A DNA stretch of 64,000 bases from the human T2T-CHM13v2.0 reference genome, Homo sapiens. The stretch lies in NCBI RefSeq assembly GCF_009914755.1, contig NC_060930.1, one strand, 5' to 3'. This document shows, one piece after another, positions 43,151-60,504 of this stretch (positions within the stretch are counted from its first letter, which is position 1; each line of letters opens with the position of its first letter). Made by a program: the position numbers and the translations under genes. A model generated the notes under the pieces. The model had not been told where the DNA came from. It saw only the letters and a list, made by a program, of their open reading frames with translations, and did not search any database.

Positions 43151-44146
43151 ATTTATGTGAGTATCCTGAACCCAGTGATCTTAATAAAGAAGCTGAGTCA
43201 TTCCCTTTTCCTTTGAAAGTATGTTAAAGAATCTACCAGTTTATAGTTTTCTAAAAATTGAGAAAATAAGGAAAGGAAATGAAAGTCATAACCTAATCAC
43301 CAATACATTTGAACAGTTTTATTTCCTTGGAGATAACAGGAGAAAAAATGTTTTAGCTTACCTCTAAAATTGATGGAAACCTAATTTTAAATCCTCTATA
43401 ATTCTGTAAAAGTTAATTCTAAGGAATTCAAGTCAGGGTTAATTAACTTTAAATGTACGCTGCAAGTCATACCAAATGTATTTCACGTTGGTTTCTCTGA
43501 TTATTCATGGTCTTTATACTTGAATTATAGATAGATATATCACATTTTAGAATATCCTGTGTCATTTTTTTTTTAAACTGCAGCTTGATTTCTTCCTTTC
43601 AAATAACTATTTGAAAATTAGGTTACCTTGATTTTGGGAGGGTGGGAGAAAGTGATTGAAATTATTTCCAACTCTAGTTGTGTATACTTGAATATTATTT
43701 ATATCATCCTTTGCCTTTTGGAATATCAAGTCTGACTCTTTAACAAGAAATTTGACATTTACAAAACCTATCATAAATGAAAATGAAAAAGCTACTTTGG
43801 TTAAGTGACAGAAGTAATAAAAATGTCACATAATCTATCCTAAGGAAAGTTACAGGTAGTATCTTGAGAAAAACTACCTACTCATCTAGTACAAGACAAA
43901 TTCATCAAAAGGCCAAGTGAAAACAGAAAAAGTGAAGATAAGACTTCTATGCAAAAAGCTACTCCATTGTAAATGTGATGGCTAGGGCCCAGTTACTTTC
44001 AAAGTTTGGTCAAAATTTAATTTTGAACTCTTTTATTGAATTAAAAAAATTAGTGAAGCAAATCGATCTAAAATTTGATGTTGGCTTTTGTTTGATGAAA
44101 ATCATAGATGTCATCTTTGTCTTACTGTACTTAAGAATGTTCTTTG

Positions 44147-44437
44147 GGCCAGGCACGGTGGCTCACGCCTGTAATCCCAGCACTTTGGGAGGCCGAGGGG
44201 ATCACGAGGTCAGGAGATCAAGACCATCCTGGCCAACATGGTGAAACCCCATCTCTACTAAAAATACAAAAATTAGCTAGGCATGGTGGTGCGCACCTAT
44301 TGTCCCAGCTACTCGGGAAGCTGAGGCAGGAGAATCGCTTGAACTGGGAGGCAGAGGTTGCAGTGAGCCAAGGTCATGCCACACTGCACTCCAGCCTGGT
44401 GACTGAGCAAGACTCCATCTCAAAAAAGAAAAAAAAA
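44147..44437 (+). mobile_element. AluSc-like
   Basis: 'gagatcaagaccatcctggccaacatgg'; TSD aatgttctttg. Confidence 0.95.
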
Positions 44438-44445
44438 TGTTCTTT

Positions 44446-44446
<1 letters not shown>

Positions 44447-44482
<36 letters not shown>
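44447..44482 (+). repeat. (AC)18 microsatellite
   Basis: Perfect dinucleotide run. Confidence 0.97.
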
Positions 44483-44484
<2 letters not shown>

Positions 44485-45239
44485 AAATAACACAATGCCA
44501 AGACTTATAAGTGAATATTATATGTTTTATTCCAGCATGGAAACAGCCTCTTCTGTTTGATGAGAATCATCCCAAAGTTGGCATATGAAGCTTGAGTTTC
44601 AAGTATGGATGCTGAGCTCTTGACAGTGGGTGGGCAAACTGCAGATAATCATTGTTAGAAGGGCTTGTGGAAAGAACAATGAAGTAACCAGAGCTTACAT
44701 GAAAGAAGTTTCACTTTTCAAATGAGATAAACTAATGTTCTTTAAACAACCCTTTTGTTCTAATGCTTTTCCTACTAATTCTAAATGGAGGTGAAGAAAA
44801 ACACACAGATGGATGTAACCAAATCTAAAGTTATTAAACGGATTTTTTTTTATGACTGGAAGCTAGCGGGCAACAAGAGGAATGAATATTCCTGAAGGAG
44901 GCAGATTATTAGACCCAGAGTATACTTTCTGAGGTAAGCTGTTTTGACCAAGACATTGGTTTATTTAACTTCTTTCTTTAATAAGGCTGGTTTGAATTTA
45001 TTACCATTAGATAGTCATAAATGACTTTTCATATTTAAAAAAATGGCTGTGTATGCATATTATTTTCAGTCCAAATTCTAGGCCATCTAAGAGGGCTTTG
45101 AATTAAAATTTATCGTTCCTATAGCAAAATACATGTAAATATATGGATAAAGTCACTAAAACATTCTAAGTTAACAGTATTTTTAAGGTTTTGAATTTTG
45201 AACTTTGAGGAAAGCACTTTTTCTATTTATAAGGTGATT

Positions 45240-46330
45240 TAACACCCTAGTATCAACAAGCACACCTAGCACCCAGATCTTGGTATCTAATACCATTCTC
45301 CAATATAAGGAACCAGGACCCCTTGGAGACAAATGGTTGATTCTAGGATGGGGCAGGAAATCTACAAGGTGATCCTGGGGCATTTTGTATAGTGCCGGGA
45401 AGTAAGGAAGAGCTGAACACCTCCACACCCCTCCACCCACACAATTATGGGGTGTGCGAAAGGGACACAGGAGCCAAATGAAAGAGCTCCCAAAGTCCAA
45501 AGCTGGAACCATTTGAGCAAAAAATAAAGTGCTATTGAATAATAAATAACCCAAATTATAAAATCTATACTGTGTGTCTGTATGTGAAAAATAAATGATT
45601 GGATAAATGAGGAAGAAGAGATAGATCTCCCATGCAGAAAATTTCAAATAATTGATGTGGATACTCAGCCCTCAAGCAGGAGTATAAGTCCTCGCTCCTT
45701 AAGTGGGGGCTGCACGTATTGATTTCCTTCCAAAGAGCGTGGAAACGGGGAAAAATAAGGTTACAGTGGAAAAACTCTTACAGTGAAAAGCACTGCTTCA
45801 GCCAGATGATCAAAGTTAGCATCAACAGTGATGAATCATGCTGACGCTGTGTACCCCTGATATGATACGGTGAGAATGGCACTTTACCTCTCCCATAACC
45901 TCCATAACCTGGTCTAACCATGAGGAAAACATCAAACAAATTCCTACTGAGGGACAGTCTGCAAAATACCTGAGCAGTACTCAAACTGTCTGGGTGATCA
46001 AAAACAAGGAAAGTCTGAGAACGTGTCATGTCCAAATGGAGCCTACAGGAGAAAGGATGACAAAATGTAATGGGATATGCTGGATAGGATCTCGGAACAG
46101 GAAAAGATGTTAAGGAAAAACTAAGGAAATTGCACTAAACAGTGGACCTAGATTAATAATAATGTATCCATACTGATTCATCAGTTGTGACAATGTATCA
46201 GACTAATGTAAGATGGTAAGAAGGCAAACTGAGTGTGAGGTATGAGGGAACTCCCTGTACTATCTTTGTAATATTTTTTATAAGTCTAAAACTATTCTAA
46301 AATTAAAAGTTTACTTTTGTAAAAAAAAAA
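45240..46330 (+). mobile_element. L1MC3-like 3' UTR
   Basis: 'ggaaccagg.c.ccttggaga.aaatggttgattctagg', 'gaaagagctccca...ccaaagctggaac.atttgagca', 'tcaaaaacaaggaaagtctgaga', A tail. Confidence 0.85.
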
Positions 46331-46374
46331 ATGACATCTCAAACATTAATATTTCATTTCAAGTTCTAAATCAG

Positions 46375-47497
<1,123 letters not shown>

Positions 47498-47582
47498 ATG
47501 TGATGACTTTTTTAATCAAGAAAAGGTTTAATGGTTTGAAACCGAAAGTTGATGAGAGGGACACAAAAATTCAAATGATTGA

Positions 47583-47983
<401 letters not shown>

Positions 47984-48658
47984 CTATGGCCCAGGCTCTG
48001 GTGTAAGAGGCCAGCAAGGCCAGGTGGTCCTCCAGCCCTGAGACACATGGTAACTATCACTTTTTATTTTAAAGTTCTCTTGTTCCATTTGTGTTTACAT
48101 TTCCATATTCTATTTTGTTTTCATCATTGACCTAGAAATACATTTAAGCCAATTTTTCTTTGGTTTCTTAGAGCTTTTTCTTCTGCCTTGTTAACTTTAT
48201 CAATGATTCCATTTCTTAAAAGTTAACATAGAACCTTTAGGGGAGGCTGTGAAATACATGTGTATGGAATAACCAGCCTACTTTTAGGTAATGTAACAGA
48301 GCAGACTGGAGCCTCCAGGTTAACAGTCTTTGACAGAGTCTTTTTATCGGCCAGAAAATGCTTGGAATAGAAATCCAAGGGCATTCAAGTAAAACTCCAC
48401 TTTCTAGTAGGTGTCCCTAAAGCACCTACTAGATTTGTACGTCTCGGTAGCTCCACTGCCGGTCACAGGGCCTGGCATTCAATAAACATTTGCTGAATGA
48501 ACGAACAAAGGAAGGATGGGATGCGATATAGGATTCTGCCAGAGAGAGAAGAGGGAACAGTATATTCCAAATAAAAGGAATAGCGAGAATGAAACGCGAA
48601 GGTAGGAACCAGATGTGCTTGCTTGTGGTAGTTGGTACACGGCATTTCCGTAATATGA

Positions 48659-49051
<393 letters not shown>

Positions 49052-49089
49052 TAAAGGGAAGTTAAGAAAACCCCAAAATACCTCACCTT

Positions 49090-49640
49090 TAAAAAATGAC
49101 TTTATTGAGGTATAATTTACATACATACATTTTAAATGTACAGTTCAGTGATGTGTACACCTTTGAAACCATCTCCTGAATCAAGACACACAGCATTTCA
49201 CCCTCCCCAAAAACGATCTGTTGTGCCTCTTTGCAGCCAGCCCCCTACACACCACCCTAGGCCTTCTCTCACTACAGGTTAGTTTTTCCTGTTCTAGAAC
49301 TTGGAATAAATGGAACGAGGCAGCTCACACTCTCTTGCGCCTGGCTTCTTTCACTTAGCATAACACTTGTGAGATTTGCCCATGTGGTTGCTGTATCCAC
49401 ATTTTATACCTTTTTGTCATTGAGCAGTGTCTCACTGTAGGCATAGCCCCTAGCTTGTCATGCATTCTCATGTTAATGGACATTGTGGTTGCTTCCAGTT
49501 TGGGGCTACTATGAACAAAGCTGCTAGAAACCTTCATATAGGGTTCTTTGTGTAGAATGTGTTTTCATTTCTCTTGCATAAATATCTAGGAGTAGGATTG
49601 ATGGGTTGTATGATAAACCATTTCTCATTTTTTGAAAATG
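49090..49640 (-). mobile_element. L1M (MB/ME) 3' fragment, antisense
   Basis: 'actttattgaggtataatttacatac', 'ctggcttctttcacttagcataa', 'ttccagtttggggctactatgaacaaagctgct'. Confidence 0.85.
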
Positions 49641-50345
49641 ACACCTTGTGGATCACCAATCCTTATGGTGGACACCAAAAATTGTCCTTATGGCCGCTGA
49701 TAGAACAAAGAAAGCAGGGCTGGGAAGAGCATCATCTGAGCTGGCAAGGAACAGCTTATGACTTTAGGATATTTGAATAATGCTCGCATTCTCTGAGGAC
49801 ACAGCAACAATGGGGAGAAGGCACAGTATGCTGGTTAGTGAGTCTGAAGCTACAGGGAATACTTTACATGTCATTGCCTGAAAATTAGTTTTAGGTGGCA
49901 TATTAGGTTTTCATACTTCATGGCAAGAAATCTACAGGAAATTACCTGTACCGTGAGTGCATCGGCATCAGTATTTTTTCACATGCAAATTATAGAAAAC
50001 TCAGGGTAAACTGGCTTATGCAAAAAAGGAACTTGATTAGCTCATGTAACCAAAAATACCAAGATTTGCTATTAACATGACCCAGCATGATGTGATTGGG
50101 ATGCAGGGCGCTTCAAACCCTTCCTGGCCAAAGTCACACTGTAGGGCCTGACTTCCCTGCTTTGTCCACATTCCCTCCGGGCTCTTTATTTAGTTTGGGG
50201 GTCTGGAGACTGGGGAAAGGAGGACGGCTTCAAGGGCTTTTACTTCTATCAGCCCCCAACGTTAGACCTGTTTTTCAAAGCATTGCTTTTTAATTACTAC
50301 TGTCTTGGTTGATTTGCCAAGACAGTAAGAAGTAGCTGGGAGTGT

Positions 50346-50662
<317 letters not shown>

Positions 50663-50819
50663 TTAACCTGGGACAGGTGAGCACGGACAACAAAAGCCCC
50701 AAATCCATTGCCTGCTTCCTTGCACATGAAGCCCTATTTTACTGTCTGCTTCTAAAGATAAAAGCCTACATTCACAAGGATAAAGTTTCAAGCCCAAAGA
50801 AACACCTCACAGGACCTAG

Positions 50820-51025
50820 TGGGGAAGGTGGAGCATCTAAGTCAGACCTCCTGTATTTTTGCCCAGACCTCACAACCTTCTGGTTGTGTGACATTGAACA
50901 AGTCCCATTACTTCTGCCAGCCTTACTTTCCTCATCTGTAAAATGGGAATAATCATCACACCTGAGTTACTGCCCATCACACAGGTTGGTGTGAGGAACC
51001 AATGAGATAATGTGAATGAATTCGG
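50820..51025 (+). mobile_element. MIR
   Basis: 'tttcctcatctgtaaaatgggaataat', 'gtgagga..aatgagataatg'. Confidence 0.85.
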
Positions 51026-51579
51026 TATGATTGAGTTGCTATCAGAAGTGGTCATCCTGACCCCAACCACTCAAACCATCTCTATAGAGTTTATCTGATT
51101 CCTCATCACCACAAACCTGGGGCCAGATTCCACTGTCAATCAAAGAGAGAAAAGAGGTTGGAATCCCCAGCGGACATTTCATTCCATTAGTTCTACTAAA
51201 TAATTCTACAGTAGAGACCGATAGACCCAGAGCTTGAATTTGCTGCTGTGATCAGACTTCCTGGTAGCGAATGTCTGCAGGCCAGACCTGTGCTGTCCTG
51301 AATGCCTTGCCTTGCCCCGGGGCAGGAGATCCGGCCCTCTAGGTGGTCCCCTAGGCTAAAGGGCAGCAAGAGTGAAGGCCTGCCACACTCCAGCAGTGTC
51401 CTGTCCACCCCACAGAACCCCCACAAGGGGCAGCCCCTATTTTCATCCACCCAGCAGCTCTAATGGTAGGTCCTGGCTCCACCTTCTCCCGCTTGCCCTG
51501 TCTTGCTGCAGACACGTTGCTTTGCATCTTGGACAGAACCAGAAACGTGACACATTCCTAATAACCTTAATAATCCTCA

Positions 51580-52260
51580 CAGCTAGCATTTCTTGAGCAC
51601 GCGATCACCTTTCCACATATCTCATCTCACTTAAGGTACCCTACGCGAAGGAAGGATCATTGCACCATTACGGAGACGAGGATACAAACTGTCAGGCCTC
51701 TGAGCCCAAGCTAAGCCATCACATCTCCTGTGACCTGCACATATACATCCAGATGACCTGAAGCAAATGAAGAACCACAAAAAATAACATTCCACCATTG
51801 TGATCTGTTCCTACCCACCCTAACTGATCAATTGACCTTATGACAATACCCCCTCCCCGCCCTTGCAATAATATACTTTGTCATACTCCCCCGCCCTTAA
51901 GAAGGTACTTTGTAATATTCTCCCCGCCCTTGAGAATGTACTTTGTGAGATCCACCCCCTGCCTATAAAAAATTGCTCCTAACTCCACCGCCTATCCCAA
52001 ACCTATAAGAACTAATGATAATCCCAGCACCCTTTGCTGACTCCTTTCTTGGACACAGCCTGCTTGCACCCAGGTGAAATAAACAGCCTTGTTGCTCACA
52101 CAAAGCCTGTTTGGTGGACTCTCTTCATACAGATGCGCGTGACACAAACCTTAAAAGATGTTAAGTAACTTGCCCAAGGTCATGCAGTATCAGAACCAGG
52201 ATTCAAAACAGAAACTCAGACCTGTCTCATGCCAATGCTTGGGACTCTCATCCACTACGG
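51580..52260 (-). mobile_element. MIR split by the LTR7-family insertion
   Basis: MIR halves on either side of the LTR ('gttaagtaacttgcccaaggtca', 'ccaggattcaaa'). Confidence 0.7.
51690..52144 (+). mobile_element. HERV-H solo LTR (LTR7 family, LTR7B/C-like)
   Basis: Starts tgtcaggcctctgagcccaagctaagccatc, ends gcgcgtgaca; polyA signal aataaa in 'caggtgaaataaacagcc'; perfect 5-bp TSD caaac (51685-51689 / 52145-52149). Confidence 0.95.
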
Positions 52261-53768
52261 TTAGCCATCTCCCCCAGATGGAAAGAGTGGGAAACTTCTG
52301 CCAGATCTTTCTGATTCCATGGGGTAGATGTCTAGATCTGACAGGGCTCATCTCCAGTCGGATGCATGCCCACTGCCCCTTCCTCTCCCTGTCCTCTCAG
52401 CAAGAGTTGGGCCCAGTGGGCTTCTCTGACTCATACCTTTGCTTCTGGAACTGGCTTCCTCTCTGCCCCAATACCAGTGACCTTGGGAAATCCCAAATCA
52501 CTTCCCTCCAGGAAAATGTCCACTTCCAGCTCCTCAGGCCAGTACTGTCAACCACTGCGCGCTCCCGGGAGCCATCCCTAAGCCCTTGAGCCCTCTGGAA
52601 ATCATTTACAAAGTCAGGAGGATCATTTTAGCATTAGCCCTTATTCCCTGAACAAAACAGGCCCCTAGACAGTGAGGGCTTCTTATAAAGTTGCCTGACT
52701 CTCCTTTGCTTTGGGTTCCGGGATAGACTCAAAACCTCCTGAGTATAAAATTCTGTAGCTTCCACTCTGTCTTCATTATGTGAGATGTTCAGAAAACCCC
52801 ACTATTGGAAACAGAACTCACTAGACACTCAGGTAAACTACTTTGGCCTTTCATTCGACAGCCACCGTTATTTGAGGCCCCTTAGGGATTCACCATCGGT
52901 GCCTGGAGCGAGTTTGAAAGTCATCAAAGGAGCCAGGTGTGGCTCTGGAGGTCCTCGGGAATCTCTCTCCAGAAGGAATCCAATCAAGGAAAATCTAAAC
53001 TGTTTCCTGTGACTGTGTATCATGGTTTTGCCCTTTTCCTCCACCTAGTTCATTTTAAGAGGATCTTAATGCTGCCTATCAGATAAGAATGTTATGTATA
53101 AAATTAGATATTTTAAAACAAGCAGGCCCGGACTTGTACAGACAAATTTCTCACCTCTTCCACAGAGGACAATAGACTTCTGAAAAAGGTGCTGTATTGT
53201 CTAAACCCCTCTGGCCCCCTCTTCCTGATATTGCATTTGGAGTCTGCCGCACGTTCTTTTGAATAGTCTCAATTGTGAGAAATTTTTTATGCTCTCGACT
53301 TTAAGAAAACTGAGTAAAAGTCAATTGAAACCAAGTTTAGCGATTAAACTGAGAAATACCATTTGGGGTTTAAAATAACCCGTGACTATAAAATAAGAAG
53401 GAAGGATTTCTTTTGTTGTTCTTCGAGTGGCTCTGATGGTAATTATTTTCTTCTGAGACACATGAAAGCTTCCAGGAAGGAACCCTCATCCGGGTGGGTG
53501 CAGTGTGGAGGTGGGGTGAGATTAGGCCTCTGACTGCGAGAGAGCCCGCTTTCTTCTCTATCGCTACTTTCAAACGCCACTCCTTTTGATGTTGGCTAAG
53601 AATTTATCCTTCACATTTCCATTTAACGAGAGTGACAATGTGTCTAAACCCCAAGAGGAATTGGCTAAGAATTTAAATCATTCCTTGCCCATATGTCCTC
53701 TCCGTAAAGGTACGTTTTATATTTGTAGCTAGTCTCATAGGCCTAGCTTTCGAAGACGGGTAAGGTAA

Positions 53769-54134
<366 letters not shown>

Positions 54135-54923
54135 CTCTTTTCTCCACTTTTGATTCCTTCCCTTCTTCCTTCAAAGGAGCACGCAAGGGCCAGGTCCCAG
54201 TTCCTGTCCTCAGCTCATTAGATCACAGGTTGTGAAGAGCTGGCACAGATTCAGCACACTTGGAGCCAAACACAGCTGTATCAATAGTTTGATAGGGATC
54301 TTCAGTTGCCCAGATTAATATGCTTATCAGCTGCTCAGGGAAAATCATTCAGGTGGCCCCTCTCCTTCCTCCGATGACCGAACCCCACCCCATGGTTTCT
54401 GGACTCCATCCCAAAGTCTCTAATTTTCCCCTCAAAATTGATTCTTCACTTGCTTAGGTAGTGTCTACACTGGAATTCAGCCTCACTGTTTGAAGTTGTC
54501 TGTTACTAGGAGAGTCTGTTTACATTAAGCCCAAGTGTGAACTCTCACTAATTAACGCCATTATGTAGCTTTGCAAATAACCACTTGTACTTATGGCCAG
54601 GAGAGGAACATTCTTTTTACTGGTTCCAACAACTGCCTTAAGGTCCAGTGGTGGTTAGTCACAGTAGAAGAGGGAAGGCAGCCGCTGGCTCAGGGCTGAG
54701 CTTGCTTATGTGTTGGCTAGTGCACCACAACTAGTTCTCTTCCAAGACAACGAGGAATTAATCATGGCTGCCTTTCTCAGGACTGTGAGGTTTTTGAGTG
54801 ATAGCAAATAATGAAGCTAAATGGAGCCTCTAGCCATCTACTGAACCCCCCCCATTTCTAGGAGAGGAAACAGGCCTAGGAAAGTGGAATCCTTTGACCT
54901 AAATTTAAGAGTTTATTAGAGGC

Positions 54924-55230
<307 letters not shown>

Positions 55231-56065
55231 GAGTTTATTCGAGGGTGATACGGTCCTAGAGCTCAATTCTTCTGGTTCCCAGCCAGTACATTCTCCATGC
55301 TGCCTCCCTGCAAACCGAATCTGTGTAGAACACCTTCGTTTCACCAGTAATGAAATGGCTGACAATAGGGTATTTTCCTGTCTTGCACAGATGATGGGTT
55401 ACACGGTCATTTCCCAGCTTCATCTCTCTGGAAACAGATGGCTTAAATCTATTAAAATGGGTTTTCTCTGAGTTCTTCCATGAAACATTAAGCTCTGGGA
55501 AGGTCCAACTGTGTTTCCTTCACATTTAGCACCTAGTAAATGGTGCGAATGAAGGGTTAGCATTCAATAAATGGTGAATGAAAGAAGCAAGGAGAAACTA
55601 GCTATCCCATCAAGGACCAAATTGGCTGCCCTGTTAGTTAACCAATTAATGTAGTTAACCAGCCACTGGTGGAAGCAAGTTCCACTATGGGAAGCTCATC
55701 TTGCACTTCTATTATCTGGATGAGGTTGCTTTATTTTAAAAACATCAGTGCAATATTTAAAATTCAAAATAAAAGTATTACTCATCCAAAGTTTCTCTTT
55801 ATCTCCAGATCCTTAATGATATGAGTCCTCAAAAGAGAGTCAGTAATTTTAAAAAGAATAGTCTCTCTTAGGAATTCTGCCCTGCTTGGAATTTCTACGC
55901 CTTTTTCAAAATTTCTAATTCTTTTTCTATCAATCTCTGACCTCAGCACTCAGAGTCTAGGAAGAGCTTACTCATGTCCCCCAGGGATCATTTCACAAAC
56001 ATCTGAGAGCTCCTCACCAACCAGACAATGCACAACACTGGCTCCCATGACTCAGCATGAATTCA

Positions 56066-56066
<1 letters not shown>

Positions 56067-56102
<36 letters not shown>
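56067..56102 (+). repeat. (AC)18 microsatellite
   Basis: Perfect dinucleotide run. Confidence 0.97.
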
Positions 56103-56105
<3 letters not shown>

Positions 56106-56250
56106 GGTGGTTTCTGCGGGTGCTCTGCAGGAGCTGTGTTTGGAGCGGTTTGGGATGGGCTGTGGGGCTGAGTGAAGGAAGGCGGCCCAGCTTCCAGCTC
56201 ACTCTTTCCTTTCTGGTAACATAATTAAAATGCTACACTAACAAAAGTGA

Positions 56251-56637
<387 letters not shown>

Positions 56638-56986
56638 GTCATTATTATTTGGCATGAAAGTGACTTCCAGTTCCAGTGACTGAATGTGGAGGGGGAGGGG
56701 AAAGGATGGCTGCTCCAGAAGGGATTGGGTGGTGGACTTATTTATTTTTTCTCTTTTTGGCAAATAAACTTGACCTGGTGATGGAGGCTTCTTTCAGCAC
56801 CAGAGCCTAATGCAGATGTCTCCTCCTGGCTCTGGATTTCTGTGGGTGTTACTTGTTTATTGGTAGTTGTTTATATTTAAAACCATGTGGTAGTTTGATG
56901 GTGCCTGTAAATAGAATAAAATATTTCTGCTGCTTTTCTACCTGCTACCAAGGCATTTTTAAATGTCTCTTAAGAAAAGCAACAAG

Positions 56987-57315
<329 letters not shown>

Positions 57316-57377
57316 CTATTTAGTCCAGTTAACGAGGGCAGTGCGGTCACTCACTCAGGCCCATGTACCCTGTGTGA

Positions 57378-57762
<385 letters not shown>

Positions 57763-58696
57763 AAGGAAACACTTTTGAGCACCACTTTATTAGTTAATGC
57801 TCATAAGAGTTTTTTAAGTTGCTCATAATTTGGGGGATTGTTTTCACAGCGAGAGGAATGAAGAGTGGCTATGAAAGGTGTCATATGGTGGGATTCTCTG
57901 TGACACATCTTCATTCACATGACACAGTAGAAAACTCTGGAACGATGTGAGATAAGGGGGTCATCTACAGCCTTGTTGAATTTAGGGCAGATACTCTTTG
58001 CCTGGGGTTTGTGAAAACTGAAATTATGTATTGCTGATTATGTGCATTTGTCTGGGGAAAAGGTCTCTATCTGCCATTAGGCTTTCAAATGGGGCCAAGA
58101 GTCCTTGAAAGACTAAGAGTTCCTGAAGTGGAGACATTTTTTACATCAATTTATTAAGATGTGCTATAAAAAATACTACTTTGCTACAAAATGTTAAACA
58201 TGCACAGTTTTTTAAAATGCCAATAATTTTTAAATAAATTTAATCTATTTTAGATTTAGAACTTTAAAAGATAATAAGAAATTAATTCCACGTATTAAAG
58301 TGTTCCAGAATCAGAACATTCCATTCCCTGAGTGAACATTTTTAGTATGGATGATGGCCTTACCAGTGTCTTAAAAATGTGGATTCTTCATTTATTCTTA
58401 AAAGATTCACTGAACTCATGCCATGTGCTGTGTACTATAAGATGATGGACAACCCCCCAAAGGTTAATGGGACTAATATGGAATTCACTGTCTGGTTAGC
58501 AGCTGATAACAGTGTTTCAGATCTTGATAAAATAAAGTGTCCAGCATACACAGATAACTCCTGCTCTAGATAGGGGTTCACAGCAGTCTTAGAACATGCA
58601 ATCCTTAAACTCCATCCAGGTAGAGGCTTTGGAGTTATCTAGGTAACAATATGGGCAGTGGACAGAAGGGACAGAGGCAGCAGGAGCAGTTTTGTG

Positions 58697-58850
58697 TAGC
58701 CTACCTAGGTTTTAATATACATAGGAATGACCCGGGGCTTGTGAAAATGCAGATTCTGAAAGTCTGGGCGGGGGCCTGAGAATGTGCATTTATTTCCAAG
58801 ATGCTGCTAGGTGATGCGGCTGTTGGCAAACCTCACTTTGAGTAGTGAGG
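58697..58850. mobile_element. MER5A
   Basis: 'cttgtgaaaatgcagattctg', 'gggcctgagaatgtgcatt', 'cactttgagtag'. Confidence 0.75.
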
Positions 58851-59015
58851 GGAGGGAAGGAGTCCTACCAGGCCATTTAGGGACCTGCAAGCAGCTCAGG
58901 AGGACTCAGAAAGGGGCTCAGGTCACCTTGTTCCAGATGCCTGAAAGAATCTCTCTCTGAAATATTTTGAACATGCAGAAAAGTTCAGAGAATAATAATT
59001 GCTATACAGATTTGA

Positions 59016-59346
<331 letters not shown>

Positions 59347-59399
59347 TGCTCCATGATTTCTGACACTGTGGTGGAAATTCCTTTCTACTCCTCCCTCCT

Positions 59400-59935
59400 C
59401 CCAGCCCCACCTGTTCTGCAGCAGAACCCCCATTCTGATACTGGTGTGTATCTCCTCTACCCATGCATAGGTGTACATAATCAACATTTAGTAATGTTTT
59501 CTATTTTATACAAATAATACTTCATACAGTTTTCTACAGCTTACACTTCACTCAGTTCCATGTTTTCAAGACTTGTCTCAGTTGATATTTGGAGATCTAG
59601 TGTATTCATTTTGAACATCTATTTCTGCATTATTTCTATGAATTTATTAAAATGTATGCATTCGTTTACTTATTGGTGAATATGTAAGTCATTTTTAATT
59701 GTTCATTCTCAAAAACAATGATTTGCAGGGATTTTTGTGTATCCGGAATACTCATTCCCTATCAGTTTCATGCATTACAAATATATTCCTCCAATCTGTG
59801 GCTCCTTTTGTCCTTGATACTGGCTTTAACTTTGTTTCTGTTGTCTTTTGTTATATAAAAATATTACATTTTCATTTTGTCAAACTTATCAATCTTTTTC
59901 TGTTGTGGCTTATGCTTCTTTTATCTTATTTAAGA
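59400..59935 (-). mobile_element. Degraded L1M fragment, antisense
   Basis: T-rich; 'cattacaaatatattcctccaatctgtggct', 'tcaaacttatcaatcttttt'. Confidence 0.6.
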
Positions 59936-60024
59936 AATGATAAAGATGCACTCTGTAACTCAGGATTTTGTAAACAGTAAGCATCAGTGGAGAAGAATTA
60001 ATACAATACTGTGGGTGAACTTGA

Positions 60025-60145
60025 CTGCAGTTTTCTTAACAATTTTCTTAACTATTAAGAACATTCTCAGGCCCCCGCCCAGACTTACAGAATCAGAATC
60101 CACATTTTCACAAGCCCCAGGTCATTCCTAAGTGCATTAAAACCT
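60025..60145. mobile_element. MER5-type fragment
   Basis: 'cagaatcagaatc..cattttcacaagccccaggtcattc'. Confidence 0.6.
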
Positions 60146-60184
60146 AGGTATAGGCCACACGAAGCTGCTTCTGCTGCCTCTGTA

Positions 60185-60504
60185 GCACCGTGGACCAGTT
60201 TTGCGGTAGACAATTTTCCCATTGATGGAACGGGGCTCGGGGGGCGGGAGGTGATGGTGGTTTCAGGATTAAACTGTTCCATCTCAGATCATCAGGCGTT
60301 AGATTCTCATAAGGAGCATGCAACCTGGATCCCTTGCACGCACAGTTCACGACAGGGTTTGTGCTCCTGTGAGAATCTAATGCCCCCACTGATTTCACAG
60401 GAGGCGGAGCTCAGGTGGTAATGCTCACTCACCCTCCGCCCACCTCCTGCTGTGTGGCCTGGTTCCTAACAGACCACAGACTGGAACCAGGGGTCAGACC
60501 CCTG
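60185..60504 (-). mobile_element. MER1B DNA transposon
   Basis: 'aaactgttcca.ctcagatcatcaggc.ttagattctcataaggagc', 'aggaggcggagctcagg', terminus acccctg. Confidence 0.9.
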
